A stretch of 63,969 nucleotides of DNA, filler included, from Octopus bimaculoides (GCF_001194135.2; 6 parts of 5 records of this genome joined end to end with filler, not necessarily neighbours in it); one strand, 5' to 3'; shown: positions 52,721-63,969, counted from the first letter of the whole stretch. Numbers and translations: made by a program. The notes: generated by a model from the letters alone, not told the origin.

Positions 52721-53290
52721 TATTTTAAATGAATAATGTATAGTCTATTGACTAGCTTTTTTCTTCTCGCTAGACCACTGGTAGCAAATAGAATTCCTAA
52801 AAATTTTTTGGTACCCTGAGATTTATTAATATANNNNNNNNNNNNNNNNNNNNNNNNNNNNNNNNNNNNNNNNNNNNNNNNNNNNNNNNNNNNNNNNNNN
52901 NNNNNNNNNNNNNNNNNNNNNNNNNNNNNNNNNNNNNNNNNNNNNNNNNNNNNNNNNNNNNNNNNNNNNNNNNNNNNNNNNNNNNNNNNNNNNNNNNNNN
53001 NNNNNNNNNNNNNNNNNNNNNNNNNNNNNNNNNNNNNNNNNNNNNNNNNNNNNNNNNNNNNNNNNNNNNNNNNNNNNNNNNNNNNNNNNNNNNNNNNNNN
53101 NNNNNNNNNNNNNNNNNNNNNNNNNNNNNNNNNNNNNNNNNNNNNNNNNNNNNNNNNNNNNNNNNNNNNNNNNNNNNNNNNNNNNNNNNNNNNNNNNNNN
53201 NNNNNNNNNNNNNNNNNNNNNNNNNNNNNNNNNNNNNNGAGAAAGGCTTTTATAGATATCTATTTATACATACATACACAAACATGCATA

Positions 53291-53725
53291 TATGGGGTGT
53301 TCAAAAAGTTTCTCCGCAGTAAGTATTCTATTGCAAAATAAATATTTAAAAGATGGTATAAGACTACAAAAGAATATATTGGACTTTACAAGACTTTAAA
53401 AATCTTTAGAAGGGGTGTTGAAAGTGTTGTCCATTTTCAATACATAAATTGACTCTTCTACACGTTTTGAAATACATCTTGGAGAGTCCGACGCAGTATG
53501 GACCGTGGTAAAGGTTAGGATTGTGTCTTTTAGTTCATTAATGGTTTTCGGGCGATTCTTGTACACTGATCCTTTACTTGCTCCCCAGAAAAAAAAACGT
53601 CTGACGGTGTTAAATCAGGTGATCTTGGTGGCCAAAGTCCCTTCGAAATAATCCGATCACCGAAAAAATCATGAAAAAAAATATTAACTGCGGAGAGTAC
53701 GATTTGAACACGCAACCACATTTTT
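53291..53725 (-). mobile_element. Tc1/mariner-superfamily transposase C-terminal remnant with TIR-like end
   Basis: ISKGLWPPRSPDLTPSD motif. End TATGGGGTGTTCAAAAAG resembles a Tc1/mariner TIR. Confidence 0.85.
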
Positions 53726-54379
53726 TATATTATCTATATTGTTCAGAAAAAAATAAATAAATGATAGATACATAGACAAACAAACGTATATAGATAGACG
53801 TATATATATATAGAGAGAGGTAGGTAGGTAGGTAGATAGAGAGAGAGAGAGATATGTAGGTAGGTAGGTAGGTAGGTAGGTAGAGAGAGAGAGAGAGGTA
53901 GGTAGGTAGAGAGAGAGAGAGAGAGAGATATGTAGGTAGGGAGAGAGAGATAGATGTAGGTAGATAGATAGATAGATAGATAGATAGATGTATATAGATA
54001 GATAGATATTGTCACGGTTCGATTCGACCTTAATAAACAAAGGATTTTTAAAATTATACATTGTTAATTCCACGTTCCAGGGTTCGTTTCCAGTTATAAA
54101 CATCCCAGCGAAACATTGAAATATTAAATGCCACGGATGGTTTCGCCTTTGTCCATGTGTCACTTAAAGTTTCACAGTCTTTACGACCTTACTGCATACT
54201 CTAGCATACATTTGGTACTTTGCATTTGGCATAACAGGACAGTGTGAACACGTTGTAATTCCTTCTTTAACAAAACCATATATACGCATAATTTGAAAAG
54301 TATATAAACGCATAATTTGAACATATATAATTTGAACGCGTAATTTAAGCAGAATGACAAGCTGAAAAGCAAAGACAAA

Positions 54380-55030
54380 AAGAAACTTCACTTACCATTC
54401 TTTAACTAAGATTCTTTCTCCAAGAAGTTCGTGTCTCGATTTTTAATAATTTCTAATTCCTTCTATGTATCAGTGTCCCATAATTGTAATTCCAGTACAC
54501 AAAACGATAAAGAACTCACAGGAAATCTTCATTCACTCATATATTTATAATATATATATACGTATATATATATTGTCTGTTGTATGGAAAAAGAGAAAGC
54601 TTTTTTGATATATTATGTTTGGTGTATGAGTGGTGAAAATTTGCTTTTCGCAAAACACCGGTGCCGTCTCTGTAGTATAACAATTGGCAAAAAACGTCTT
54701 GTGACGTTTCCGGTGTTTGACGAGAAAAGGTTCCCGTGAACCAGCATCACCAAAAAAAAAACAAAAACCGAGGAACCTAACCGTGTTTTAGACAATTATT
54801 AGTTAAATCTATATCAACATATATATTCCATATTTCTTGGAGATGCCGTGTTTGGTCAAAATTAAATTTATAAAAAATATATTTCTTCATTTAATACATT
54901 TCTTGCACCAGCAAGTGCTCCGGTATTCCTAAAATAATTCCTTTAAAACAGCCAAAGATTTGAACACACTCGCGTCACAAACTCGAACACACGTATGAAT
55001 ATGTTTATATAATCAGAGGTAAGTTTCAAA
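54380..55030. promoter_or_regulatory. CpG-retaining non-repeat island, possible bidirectional promoter
   Basis: Contains TGACGTTTCCGG and outward-facing donors: minus at 54519 and 54395, plus GAG|GTAAGT at 55019. Confidence 0.25.
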
Positions 55031-55393
55031 GGTGACTTCAAGGACGAGCGTTTCGTGAATGCCATTTACCACGCTTAGGAAGTTTCACAAGCGCCACACA
55101 CGGAACTATTGGTCCTACAGTCACTCTCGTAACTTAATCTACCCACTAAGACCATTAGCATTAACCCATAAAGCGCTGGGATTTGCACTTACATAGCATG
55201 GACAGCCGAGCACACTTTATGAAATGAGACTAACATGCACACATAAAAAAATAGTTTAAAATATCTTCTTAGTATATTATGATGGCAAGTTTTACATAAT
55301 CTGTAAAGTCATTAGCTGAACTATTAGTCCTGTTGCATTCTGGTGGGAGCGGGGTATCGGAGTGTTTGATGGCATGCACTGCTCTCTCACACA

Positions 55394-55424
<31 letters not shown>

Positions 55425-55425
<1 letters not shown>

Positions 55426-55927
55426 TGTTGTTGTTGTTGGCACTCCGTCGCTTACGACGTCGAGGGTTCCAGTTGATCCGATCAACAGAACAGCCTGCTC
55501 GTGAAATTAACGTGCAAGTGGCTGAGCACTCCACAGACACNNNNNNNNNNNNNNNNNNNNNNNNNNNNNNNNNNNNNNNNNNNNNNNNNNNNNNNNNNNN
55601 NNNNNNNNNNNNNNNNNNNNNNNNNNNNNNNNNNNNNNNNNNNNNNNNNNNNNNNNNNNNNNNNNNNNNNNNNNNNNNNNNNNNNNNNNNNNNNNNNNNN
55701 NNNNNNNNNNNNNNNNNNNNNNNNNNNNNNNNNNNNNNNNNNNNNNNNNNNNNNNNNNNNNNNNNNNNNNNNNNNNNNNNNNNNNNNNNNNNNNNNNNNN
55801 NNNNNNNNNNNNNNNNNNNNNNNNNNNNNNNNNNNNNNNNNNNNNNNNNNNNNNNNNNNNNNNNNNNNNNNNNNNNNNNNNNNNNNNNNNNNNNNNNNNN
55901 NNNNNNNNTGGACCATTGCGCCTCCAC
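55425..55927 (-). mobile_element. SINE family A spanning a gap
   Basis: Tail at 55425-55540 and head end CCATTGCGCCTCCAC at 55913-55927. Confidence 0.85.
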
Positions 55928-56044
55928 TGAGTGACATTAGACCCCCAACAAACGCCCATAAATTAAATGCATCTATTTGGGTCGCGATCGTGGCCTGTCG
56001 AGTTCTTCTGCCTGACGGCCACGATCGTCACCCGTCGCGATTTA

Positions 56045-56608
56045 TACTCTTTTACTCTTTTACTTGTTTCAGTCATTTTGACTGTGGCCATTCTGGAGCA
56101 CCACCCTTAGTCGAGAAAATCGACGCCAGGATTTATTCTTTGTAAGCCTAGAAGGAAGGAGCACTCCGTCGGTCGGTTACGATGACGAGGGTCCCAGCTG
56201 ATACGATCAACGGAACAGCTTGCTCATGAAATTAACGTGCAAGTGACTGAGCAATCCACAGACGCTTGTACCCCTAACGTAGTTCTCAGGGAGACTCAGG
56301 GTGACACATAGCGTGAAAAGGGCGGCCATTTCAAATACAGGTACTACTCATTTTTGCCAGCTGAGCGGACTGGAGCAACATGAAATAAAGTGTCTTGCTC
56401 AAGGACACAACGCGTCGCTGCGAATCGAAATCACGACCTTCCGATCGCGAGCCGATTGCCCTAACCACGAAGCCACGAGCCTTCATTAGTAAGCCTAGTA
56501 CTTATTGTATCGGTTCTTCTGCTGAACCGCTAAGTTACGGAGATGAAAACACACCAGCATCGGTTGTCAAGCGATGTTGGGAGGACAAACACAGACACAC
56601 AAACATAT

Positions 56609-56641
<33 letters not shown>

Positions 56642-56664
56642 CATATATACATGTACACACACAC

Positions 56665-56699
<35 letters not shown>

Positions 56700-56850
56700 T
56701 GTATGTATGTATGTATATATACACACACGACGATCTTTCAGTTTCCGTCTACCAAGGCTTTGGTCGGCCCAAGGCTATAGTAGAAGACACATGCCCAAGA
56801 TGCCACGCAGTAGGACTGAACACGGAACCATGTGGATGGGAAGCAAACTT
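56045..56850 (-). mobile_element. SINE family B interrupted by a nested SINE
   Basis: The B sequence resumes after the duplicated GTAAGCCTAG. Confidence 0.88.
56152..56488 (-). mobile_element. SINE A-prime nested in SINE B
   Basis: 10-bp TSD GTAAGCCTAG at 56142-56151 and 56489-56498; CORE-like AAGTGTCTTGCTCAAGGACACAAC. Confidence 0.88.
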
Positions 56851-56965
56851 CTACGAATTTTTACGGAACAACGCAGGACCTGGCGAAGCAAAATGACCCC
56901 CAACACCACCGCCTCCACGACCACTACTACCACCTCCATGGAATTCCACCTCCATGGAATTCCTG

Positions 56966-57044
56966 GCGACTTTAGCGTAGTTTTCTCTTTAACAGTCGTG
57001 GTCTCCCAGGTGCTCTAGTCAAAGGGGAGACAACCTAATACTTT
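56966..57044 (+). ncRNA. Candidate HDV-like ribozyme fold, imperfect
   Basis: P1 GCGACT/AGTCGT with G.U then GG; P3 GTT/AAC; P4 TCTCCC/GGGAGA; J4/2 CCTAA; partial P2 AGCGTA/TACTTT. Confidence 0.45.
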
Positions 57045-57059
57045 TTTTTATATATATTG

Positions 57060-57620
57060 CGTTTCTGAATAATCTACGAAGGAGAGAACGTGGAGTATTC
57101 GTTTCTGTTTAATCTAGCAAGGATTATCTGGATGGTCCTAAGCATTTGAAAGACTGCTGAAAATTATAATGATGGAGGTGTTAGATCACCGAAGGCCGGA
57201 TATCGTATTCTGTAGGAGGGACAAACAAGAGTGCCTAATAATCGACGTGGCAGTACCAGGAGATCGACATATTATCATGAAATAGAAAAGATTGATAAAT
57301 ATGGAGACCTGGGAATTGAGATTGCTAAGATGTGGCAGCTACGTAGGTTAAACATAAAGGATGTCCCTGTTGTCATCGGAGCATTGGGTTCAATACCATT
57401 CAATCTGAAAAAAAACGCCTGAAAACCTTAGAGATACCCTACAATCTGGGTGTATTGCAAAAGTTAGCATTACTTGGAACTGGACGCATATTGTGTAAAG
57501 TACTGTCCATCTGAGGTCCTTGTTGGAACTTGACAGACAGTACAAAGCCCTGGTAGACACGATATTTTCAAACAACAACCTCACGCACAAAAATGGATAC
57601 TGTACGACGTCCTAAATAAC

Positions 57621-57651
<31 letters not shown>

Positions 57652-58140
57652 GTCACAGAAAACGAGAAAGCAACCATACTCTGGGATATGCCAATACACA
57701 CAGATAGAGAAATTAAGGCAAATAGACCAGATAGAGTTGTCAAAGATCATGAAGAAAAAAAATGCTTTCTAATTGATGTATCAATACCAGCAGATGACAA
57801 CGTTTCTCTAAAAGAAATGGAAAGACTTTCAAAATACAAATATCTGAAAATAGAGGTAACTCGAATGTGGAATCTAAAAACAGAAACAATCCCTATCATA
57901 GCAGGTGCCTTAGGTATAATAAAAAAATATTCAGACAAATACATAACAAAAACACCAGGACTTACAAATATATATAACATACAGAAAATTGCACTACTGG
58001 GCACTGCACACATTCTACGCAAAACACTTTCAATACAGTAACCATAAGAGCATCACAGCAAACCACAGCACATACCCAAGGCACACAGAGCTGCGCTCGG
58101 TAGCGAAGTGAAAGCACGTTATAAAAAATGAAACTACTGA
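57060..58140 (+). mobile_element. Three stacked R4/Dong-type 3' ends (restriction-like endonuclease region)
   Basis: Piece 1: NLARIIWMVLSI* (to about 57170). Piece 2: HRRPDIV..LIIDVAVPGD..KIDKY..LALLGTGRILCKVLSI* (57175-57645). Piece 3: ORF 57688-58041 RPD..LIDVSIP..KY. Each ends in an AAT-type tail. Confidence 0.9.
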
Positions 58141-58142
58141 AC

Positions 58143-58241
<99 letters not shown>

Positions 58242-58320
58242 AAGAAGAAGAAGAAGAAGAAGAAGAAGAAGAAGAAGAAGAAGAAGATGATGATGATGAT
58301 GATGATGATAATGATGAAGA
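58140..58320. repeat. (AAT)n(AAG)n(GAT)n microsatellite
   Basis: Seen directly in the sequence. Confidence 0.95.
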
Positions 58321-58333
58321 TGCAGGTACATAC

Positions 58334-58482
58334 CATTATGAAGCTGATCCAGAAGATGTAAGGAAAAAAGATCCGATTTATCTCTCTAAGTGTTGGTACT
58401 CCAAGAATCAAACAACTCCAGGAACGGCGGTCTGAACCCCGAAGAACATCGCGATAAATAAATTCCTCAACAGGTATTGTAC
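58334..58482 (-). CDS. Candidate internal coding exon, product unknown
   Basis: TACAG| then 149 nt open in one frame (TIPVEEFIYRDVLRGSDRRSWSCLILGVPTLREINRIFFPYIFWISFIM), then ATG|GTATGT. The acceptor tract is weak. Confidence 0.3.
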
Positions 58483-59535
58483 CTGTATTTATACACCTGT
58501 CTGGAAGTCCACATATGTATATTTACATTATAAATACATACACATGTTTGCGTCATACGTCGAATCGTAGTAAAAAGTGAGAATTTTTATGAATGAACGT
58601 GGAACTGGGGGGAGGGGGGATAGAGGGATGAATGGATGAATGAATGTGTGAATGTGTGAATGAAAAGCTGCATCAATCACTGGATGAGTTGATGAATGAA
58701 AACTAAAGGTTGTGTGTAGTAGTAAATAGTAAAAAAGGTCGGAAGAGAAAATATAGTAAAAAAAAAAAAAATTTAAAAAGCCCTCGGGATAAAACTAAAC
58801 AAAAATAGATTTAAACGTTGAATGAAGTTTGTAATTAATACGAGAAGCGTTTTATGAATGAGGGTAGGAGTTAGTGACACGATGGTGGGGGTGGCAGTAA
58901 GAGGGAGATCTTTCTTTTATTTTCTTTTGTGACGTAATGGATGTTAAAAGGTGAGATGATGAGGATGAAAGAGGCAAACGGGAGAGCAAGGGGTGAATAG
59001 GAGGGAAAGGTGAGAAGGAAAAGGAAAGAAAAGAAGAAGAGAAAGGAAGGAGAGAAGGTGAAATATCAAGTAGGAGGTGCGGTAAGAGGAGATGGTACCT
59101 ATGCATAATATATATATATATATATANNNNNNNNNNNNNNNNNNNNNNNNNNNNNNNNNNNNNNNNNNNNNNNNNNNNNNNNNNNNNNNNNNNNNNNNNN
59201 NNNNNNNNNNNNNNNNNNNNNNNNNNNNNNNNNNNNNNNNNNNNNNNNNNNNNNNNNNNNNNNNNNNNNNNNNNNNNNNNNNNNNNNNNNNNNNNNNNNN
59301 NNNNNNNNNNNNNNNNNNNNNNNNNNNNNNNNNNNNNNNNNNNNNNNNNNNNNNNNNNNNNGGAAGGGCTACAAGGTGTGTGTTGAATATATAATATACT
59401 TTAATTTATATTTATACACATCTATATACATATATGCATATATACAAGCATATGCATATATATATAGGTGTGTATGCATTGCTCCCTCACGTCACATACC
59501 CAGTCACCATTCTCATGAGCAACATAATAATAATG

Positions 59536-59571
<36 letters not shown>

Positions 59572-59659
59572 GCAAACTAAGAATGCATCCACCACCGCCA
59601 CCACCACCACTCCCAACAGCCCCCACCCCCACCTAGCATTGGAACTATTTAATTAAGAT

Positions 59660-59764
59660 ATCACGTGTGAGTAATTAAATTTCTCAACTAGCATTTCAGA
59701 TCACGTGTCACCACCTGGCATTCAAATCGGAGACAATATGGCTGCCATTTCAACTAAGTATGTT
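59660..59764 (+). promoter_or_regulatory. Candidate promoter or first exon
   Basis: Two CACGTG E-boxes, a double YY1-like AATATGGCTGCCATTTT, and a CTAA|GTATGT donor at 59759. Confidence 0.3.
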
Positions 59765-59794
59765 TCACTTTGTAATCAAGAATCCTCCTCATCA

Positions 59795-60310
59795 GCACCA
59801 TTATTATTAAATATTATTATTATTATCATTATTATTATTATTATTATTAAATATTGTTATTATTATTATTATTATTATTATTAAATATTATTATTATCAT
59901 TATTATCATTATTATTATTATTATCATTATTATCATTATTATTATTATTATTATCATTATTATCATTATTATTATTATCATTATTATTATTATTATTATC
60001 ATTATTATCATCGTCATTCGTATCGAAAATAATATTATTGTGCTTGTTCTTTTTCTTATTACTTATTACATAAAAATTATTATTATTATTGTTGTTGTTG
60101 TTGTTATATTTATTTACAGTAATTAATTAGTATGCTTATGAGAATGCGAATTAGCATCATCGCATTAACCTTTGCCATCGTTGCCATGATCATCATCATC
60201 ATCATCATCACCATCGTCGACAACATCATCATCATCATCGTCATCATCGTTATCTTCAGGTTGTCATCCCCACCACCATCACCACCATCTCCATCATCAA
60301 CATCATTTTG
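59795..60310. repeat. (ATT)n/(ATC)n microsatellites
   Basis: Seen directly in the sequence. Confidence 0.95.
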
Positions 60311-60368
60311 AGCGAAAAAAATGCTGCAGGCACTTACATGTAATGATGTTCAGAAATATCGTTTATGG

Positions 60369-60410
<42 letters not shown>

Positions 60411-60454
60411 NNNNNNNNNNNNNNNNNNNNNNNNNNNNNNNNNNNNNNNNNNNN

Positions 60455-60466
60455 TTAATTAATTAA
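60455..60466. other. Artificial scaffold-join linker
   Basis: TTAATTAATTAA inside an N block. Confidence 0.95.
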
Positions 60467-60546
60467 NNNNNNNNNNNNNNNNNNNNNNNNNNNNNNNNNN
60501 NNNNNNNNNNATGCATTCAGAGACTTAGCTGATATTGTTTTTGTAT

Positions 60547-60699
60547 TGGCTGTGTGGTAAGTAGCTTGCTTACCAACCACATGGTTCCGGGTTCATTCCC
60601 ACTGCATGGCACCTTGGGCAAGTGTCTTCTACTATAGCCTCGGGCCGACCAAAACCTTGTGAGTGGATTTGGTAGGCGGAAACTGAAAGAAGCCCGTCG

Positions 60700-60732
<33 letters not shown>

Positions 60733-61139
60733 ATATAATAAATGAGTATATGCATATATACGTACAAGTATGTGCATACCTACATCTACCTGTATATATA
60801 GGTGCATATCTGGGTACAGGACATTGCAAACAAAATGTAGACAAAAAAAATAATAATAACCAGAGTACAGAAAACACACGGGCCACACAGAGAACATTTT
60901 CCTTCATCAGCTACCCCCATTCTAACACAGGTGTTTCGTATGTGTTTGTGTTTGTCTCAACATCACTTGACAACCGATGCTGGTGTGTTTACGTCTCCGT
61001 AACGTCGCTGTTCGGCAAAATAGACCGATAGAATAAGTACTAGGCTTCCAAAGAATAAGTCCTGGGGTCGATTGCTCGACTAATGGCGGTGCTCCAGCAT
61101 GGCCGCAGTCAAATGACTGAAACAAGTAAAAGAGAGAGT
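60547..61139 (+). mobile_element. SINE family B carrying a reverse-oriented element-X fragment
   Basis: B halves flank 60737-60938. Confidence 0.9.
60737..60938 (-). mobile_element. Element X 3' fragment
   Basis: Reverse complement of 25634-25816. Confidence 0.7.
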
Positions 61140-61268
61140 ATTTGTAAAAAATATATTTTCCCCTCGAAGTCAAAAATGCAGTTCCTCACCACCAACCATC
61201 AATCATAGTACTCAAGAGTTATGTCCCATGAAAATTTGATCTCACATATTGTTTCTTCGTCTGTACAG

Positions 61269-61348
61269 AACATACATTAGTCAGTGGCCAGCATGATCCG
61301 AAGTTTATTTTCCGCTCCTAAGTTTAGGACTCTAGTATCCTATACTAG
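61269..61348 (+). CDS. Candidate start-codon exon encoding MIRSLFSAPKFRTLVSYT(R/S)
   Basis: Strong acceptor GTTTCTTCGTCTGTACAG and donor TAG|GTAAGT. ATG 61293 is open to the donor. Confidence 0.35.
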
Positions 61349-61849
61349 GTAAGTAAGAAGTTTATACTTGTAATTCTTTTTTTTTATATCAATTAGTTTC
61401 ATATTAGTTTTAATTCTGCAATATATATATATTTTATGAAGATCGTAACTATACATACACAAACTTTTACTTGTTTATGTCAGGTCAAAAACTGGAGACA
61501 TTTACTAACGCTTATCAAAAAGCAAAAGGAAACAAAAGCCATATGATTTAGTTATAAAATAAAGGATAAATAGTTAAATAGTTAAACCATCAAATTTCAC
61601 ATATATTTTTTGCTTGATTATTCACTTTCAACAGTAATTATCCTCATTACCTTCAATTCCGTGAAAATCGAATTAACGAGAGTTACCTGGTTGTGGGTGT
61701 TTGTTTAGTCGCAGGTTAGGCTTGATCGACTCGGTACAAAAAGAGTAAAGATAGGGTACAATCTAGACCACTACCGGGCGTATCCCTTTCTCATACTTAA
61801 AGCGTTTTAGTCGTCCCTTGTTAACGCTTCTGCACAAACTTGACGTCGA

Positions 61850-61960
61850 CCAGGCACTTCTCACATTTTTGTCACCCGAGTGAACTGGAGCAACATGAAA
61901 TAACGTGCCCCATCTCAAAGTACAACGTGTCTCTGGGATCGGGGATCGAACTCACAACCT
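61850..61960 (-). mobile_element. CORE-like SINE head fragment
   Basis: GAACTGGAGCAACATGAAATAA...GGGGATCGAACTCACAACC, like the A-prime heads. Confidence 0.6.
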
Positions 61961-62071
61961 TACTACTAGGCTTCACGTCATCTCGAATGAATAGATCTAC
62001 GATCAAAGACATTCCAATTCTTTTTTTTTGTCTATGTGCAAGGAACCTAGAACAACATTATCTGGTGTGTC

Positions 62072-62226
62072 CTTTTCTAAGACGGTAGGCTGGGATTCGA
62101 GAGAGATTTGGTTGCTTTTCCTCGATGCTCGAGCAGCGACGTAAGGCTTCCTTGTTGGCTCGCCTCTGCGTGGTCTCTTGATCTGCTAAAAATAGCAGCT
62201 CAAATTACACACTACCGTCTTAAAAA
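62072..62226. repeat. Degenerate foldback repeat
   Basis: TTTTCTAAGACGGTAG pairs with CTACCGTCTTAAAAA. A related half-copy lies near 63186-63240. Confidence 0.55.
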
Positions 62227-63446
62227 TTGGAGGATGCGTTGGATAGTACTAAACACAACGTTTGAAACAAAGACCAGATGGTAACGACCCGAAACACCTT
62301 TGATCATAAGATCTGATATATTTCATGACAGAGGCTGAAAAACAAATGGAAAATAAACATCGATGGTTGATTAATCATTGACAGTAATTTAACTTACAGT
62401 GCTCGTCTTGCATTTGATTCTAGTTGTTGTTTATCTTCCAGATAAATTCTGATCGCGCAGGCTCACGGTCAAAGACATTCTGTCCATGACCATCTGTTTC
62501 TTTTTTTCAACGTATCGGAAAGACCCCCCCCCCACCATTTGCTCCCAAATTTGTTTATTTTTTTATTGTCAAAAACACCCGTTTCCGGATACAGAGGTTC
62601 CNNNNNNNNNNATTTTGCTTTTTTTCTCCAACACTAACCCTAATCGTAACTATAGAAATGTTTTGAAATTTTTGTCCGATTCATAATGTCCGTATTTTCC
62701 CTCATATATAGAATAAAAACAAAATTCTTAAAAAAAGATTTTACAAAAATTTTTGGAAATTTTGTTCAGAATTATAATCTCCATATTCTTCCGAATATTT
62801 TTTAAAAAAAATTTCTTGAAAAAAGTAAAAAAAATGAAGGAAATGGGGAGGGGGAGGTAATTTAAAAATGCCGATTTTTGCCAATTTTTTTGCAGATTCG
62901 TATTCCCCATAGCCGAAAAGGGGGATTTGTGTCGAAAAAATATTTTTAAAAAAGGGTGGTTTTGGGGGCAGGGATGGGCGAAAGTCTTGCCAATGTATCT
63001 AATATGATTATATGTTTATTCGATTATGTTCCCTTTTTAATGACGGCAACTTCTCATCTGATGGAGATTTGACTACTATTTCTTGCATGTTGAGGTACTG
63101 CACAGGGATTCTCCTATTGACTGAATTTTGTTGTAGCGGTTGTTGTTTAGCTCCAGGTCAGCTTTGTCAGGTTTGATTTCATATAGATCTGGCAGCTATT
63201 TCTAACAGATCAAGCGACCAGCAATGAGGCTGCCTCGTTTACTTGATTGGTTTTTGTTCACAAGATAAGTAGAGAAATAAATCCTATTGATAAAAGTTAT
63301 GAACGTTTCAATATTGTGTCAAATTTAATCCAGATGACTTCAAATAGATTCCTGTCAATTTGAATTTTTAAAACATTTTATGTTTTTTAAATTTCAGTCA
63401 TTCTTATTATTATATCTTTATAGTGTTGATTTTTAAAGATATATAT

Positions 63447-63969
63447 CAGGTCATCCCATAAGTTCTGTCTGAATTTTGAATTAAGAAAACAAGTGATCAA
63501 ATGTTATATTTAATTGAAATTTAATCACCAATGTACTTTCTCTAATTATCTATAACTTCCTTCCATCTATTTACAAGCATTTTAATCCCATCAATGTAAA
63601 ACTCTTTTGGTTTCAAAGCGAAGAACTCTGAAATGTCAGTTTCTACCTCCTCTTGGCTTGCGAAAGTTTTGTCCCCCAAATGATTCTGTAAACTACGAAA
63701 CAAATGGTAGTCTAAAGGAGCAAGGTCGGGAGAATAAGGTGGACGAGGAATTTTTTCCCAACCAAGCTCTTCAATCTTCTGTGATGTGGTCTTTGCAGTG
63801 TGGGGTTGTGCATTGTCCTACTGAAACATCACTCCTTTTCGATTCACTAAAGTGGGTCTTTTTTTCTTCAAAGCTTGGTTCAAATGCTCTAATTGCTGAC
63901 AGTAGACTTGAGCATTGATTGTTGCATTAGGTGGTAACAATTCAAAGTGAATTACTCCTTTGCAATCCC
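63447..63969 (-). mobile_element. Mariner (DD34D) transposon, 3' half, inactivated; runs off the window
   Basis: DCKGVIHFELLP...MFQ*DNAQPH...PPYSPDLAPLDYHLFRSLQNHL...RWKEVIDN*. 34 residues lie between the last two Asp. TA-flanked TIR-like end near 63447. Confidence 0.95.

Noticed and set aside
54396-54576. Minus-strand coding exon between a strong acceptor and G|GTAAGT
   Set aside because: All three frames contain stops; at most it is non-coding.
58325-58473. Plus-strand exon GTYHYEADPEDV...
   Set aside because: There is no pyrimidine tract, and every frame hits a stop before the donor.
62480-63000. Homopolymer-rich segment that looks foreign
   Set aside because: It has no ORF or motif and lies beside a small gap, so it is probably low-quality read sequence.

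Overview
AT-rich, microsatellite-saturated eukaryotic DNA with many N gaps. The SINE families match my recollection of octopus repeats (Octopus sp. likely; no search was run). No recognisable host gene is present; nearly all long ORFs in the track are microsatellite or gap artefacts. The window holds three abundant tRNA-derived SINE families (labelled A, B, C here) and decayed RTE, R4/Dong-type, CR1-like and Tx1-like LINE pieces. It also has a Penelope GIY-YIG remnant, two Tc1/mariner remnants and a TA-flanked MITE. The main result is a set of self-cleaving ribozyme folds. Three unrelated repeats carry type-I hammerhead motifs with palindromic helix III. The one at 42714-42813 has a fully canonical core and lies in a 235-bp inverted duplication. 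A decayed pair lies in an inverted repeat at 5680-6415. A decayed pair lies in a tandem repeat at 34315-34993, 354 nt between cleavage sites, resembling a non-LTR retrozyme. A candidate HDV-like fold at 56966-57044 sits just ahead of R4/Dong 3' ends. A few weak exon and promoter candidates are listed at low confidence. Five artificial TTAATTAATTAA linkers mark scaffold joins, so long-range structure across them is unreliable. All folds were paired by hand.
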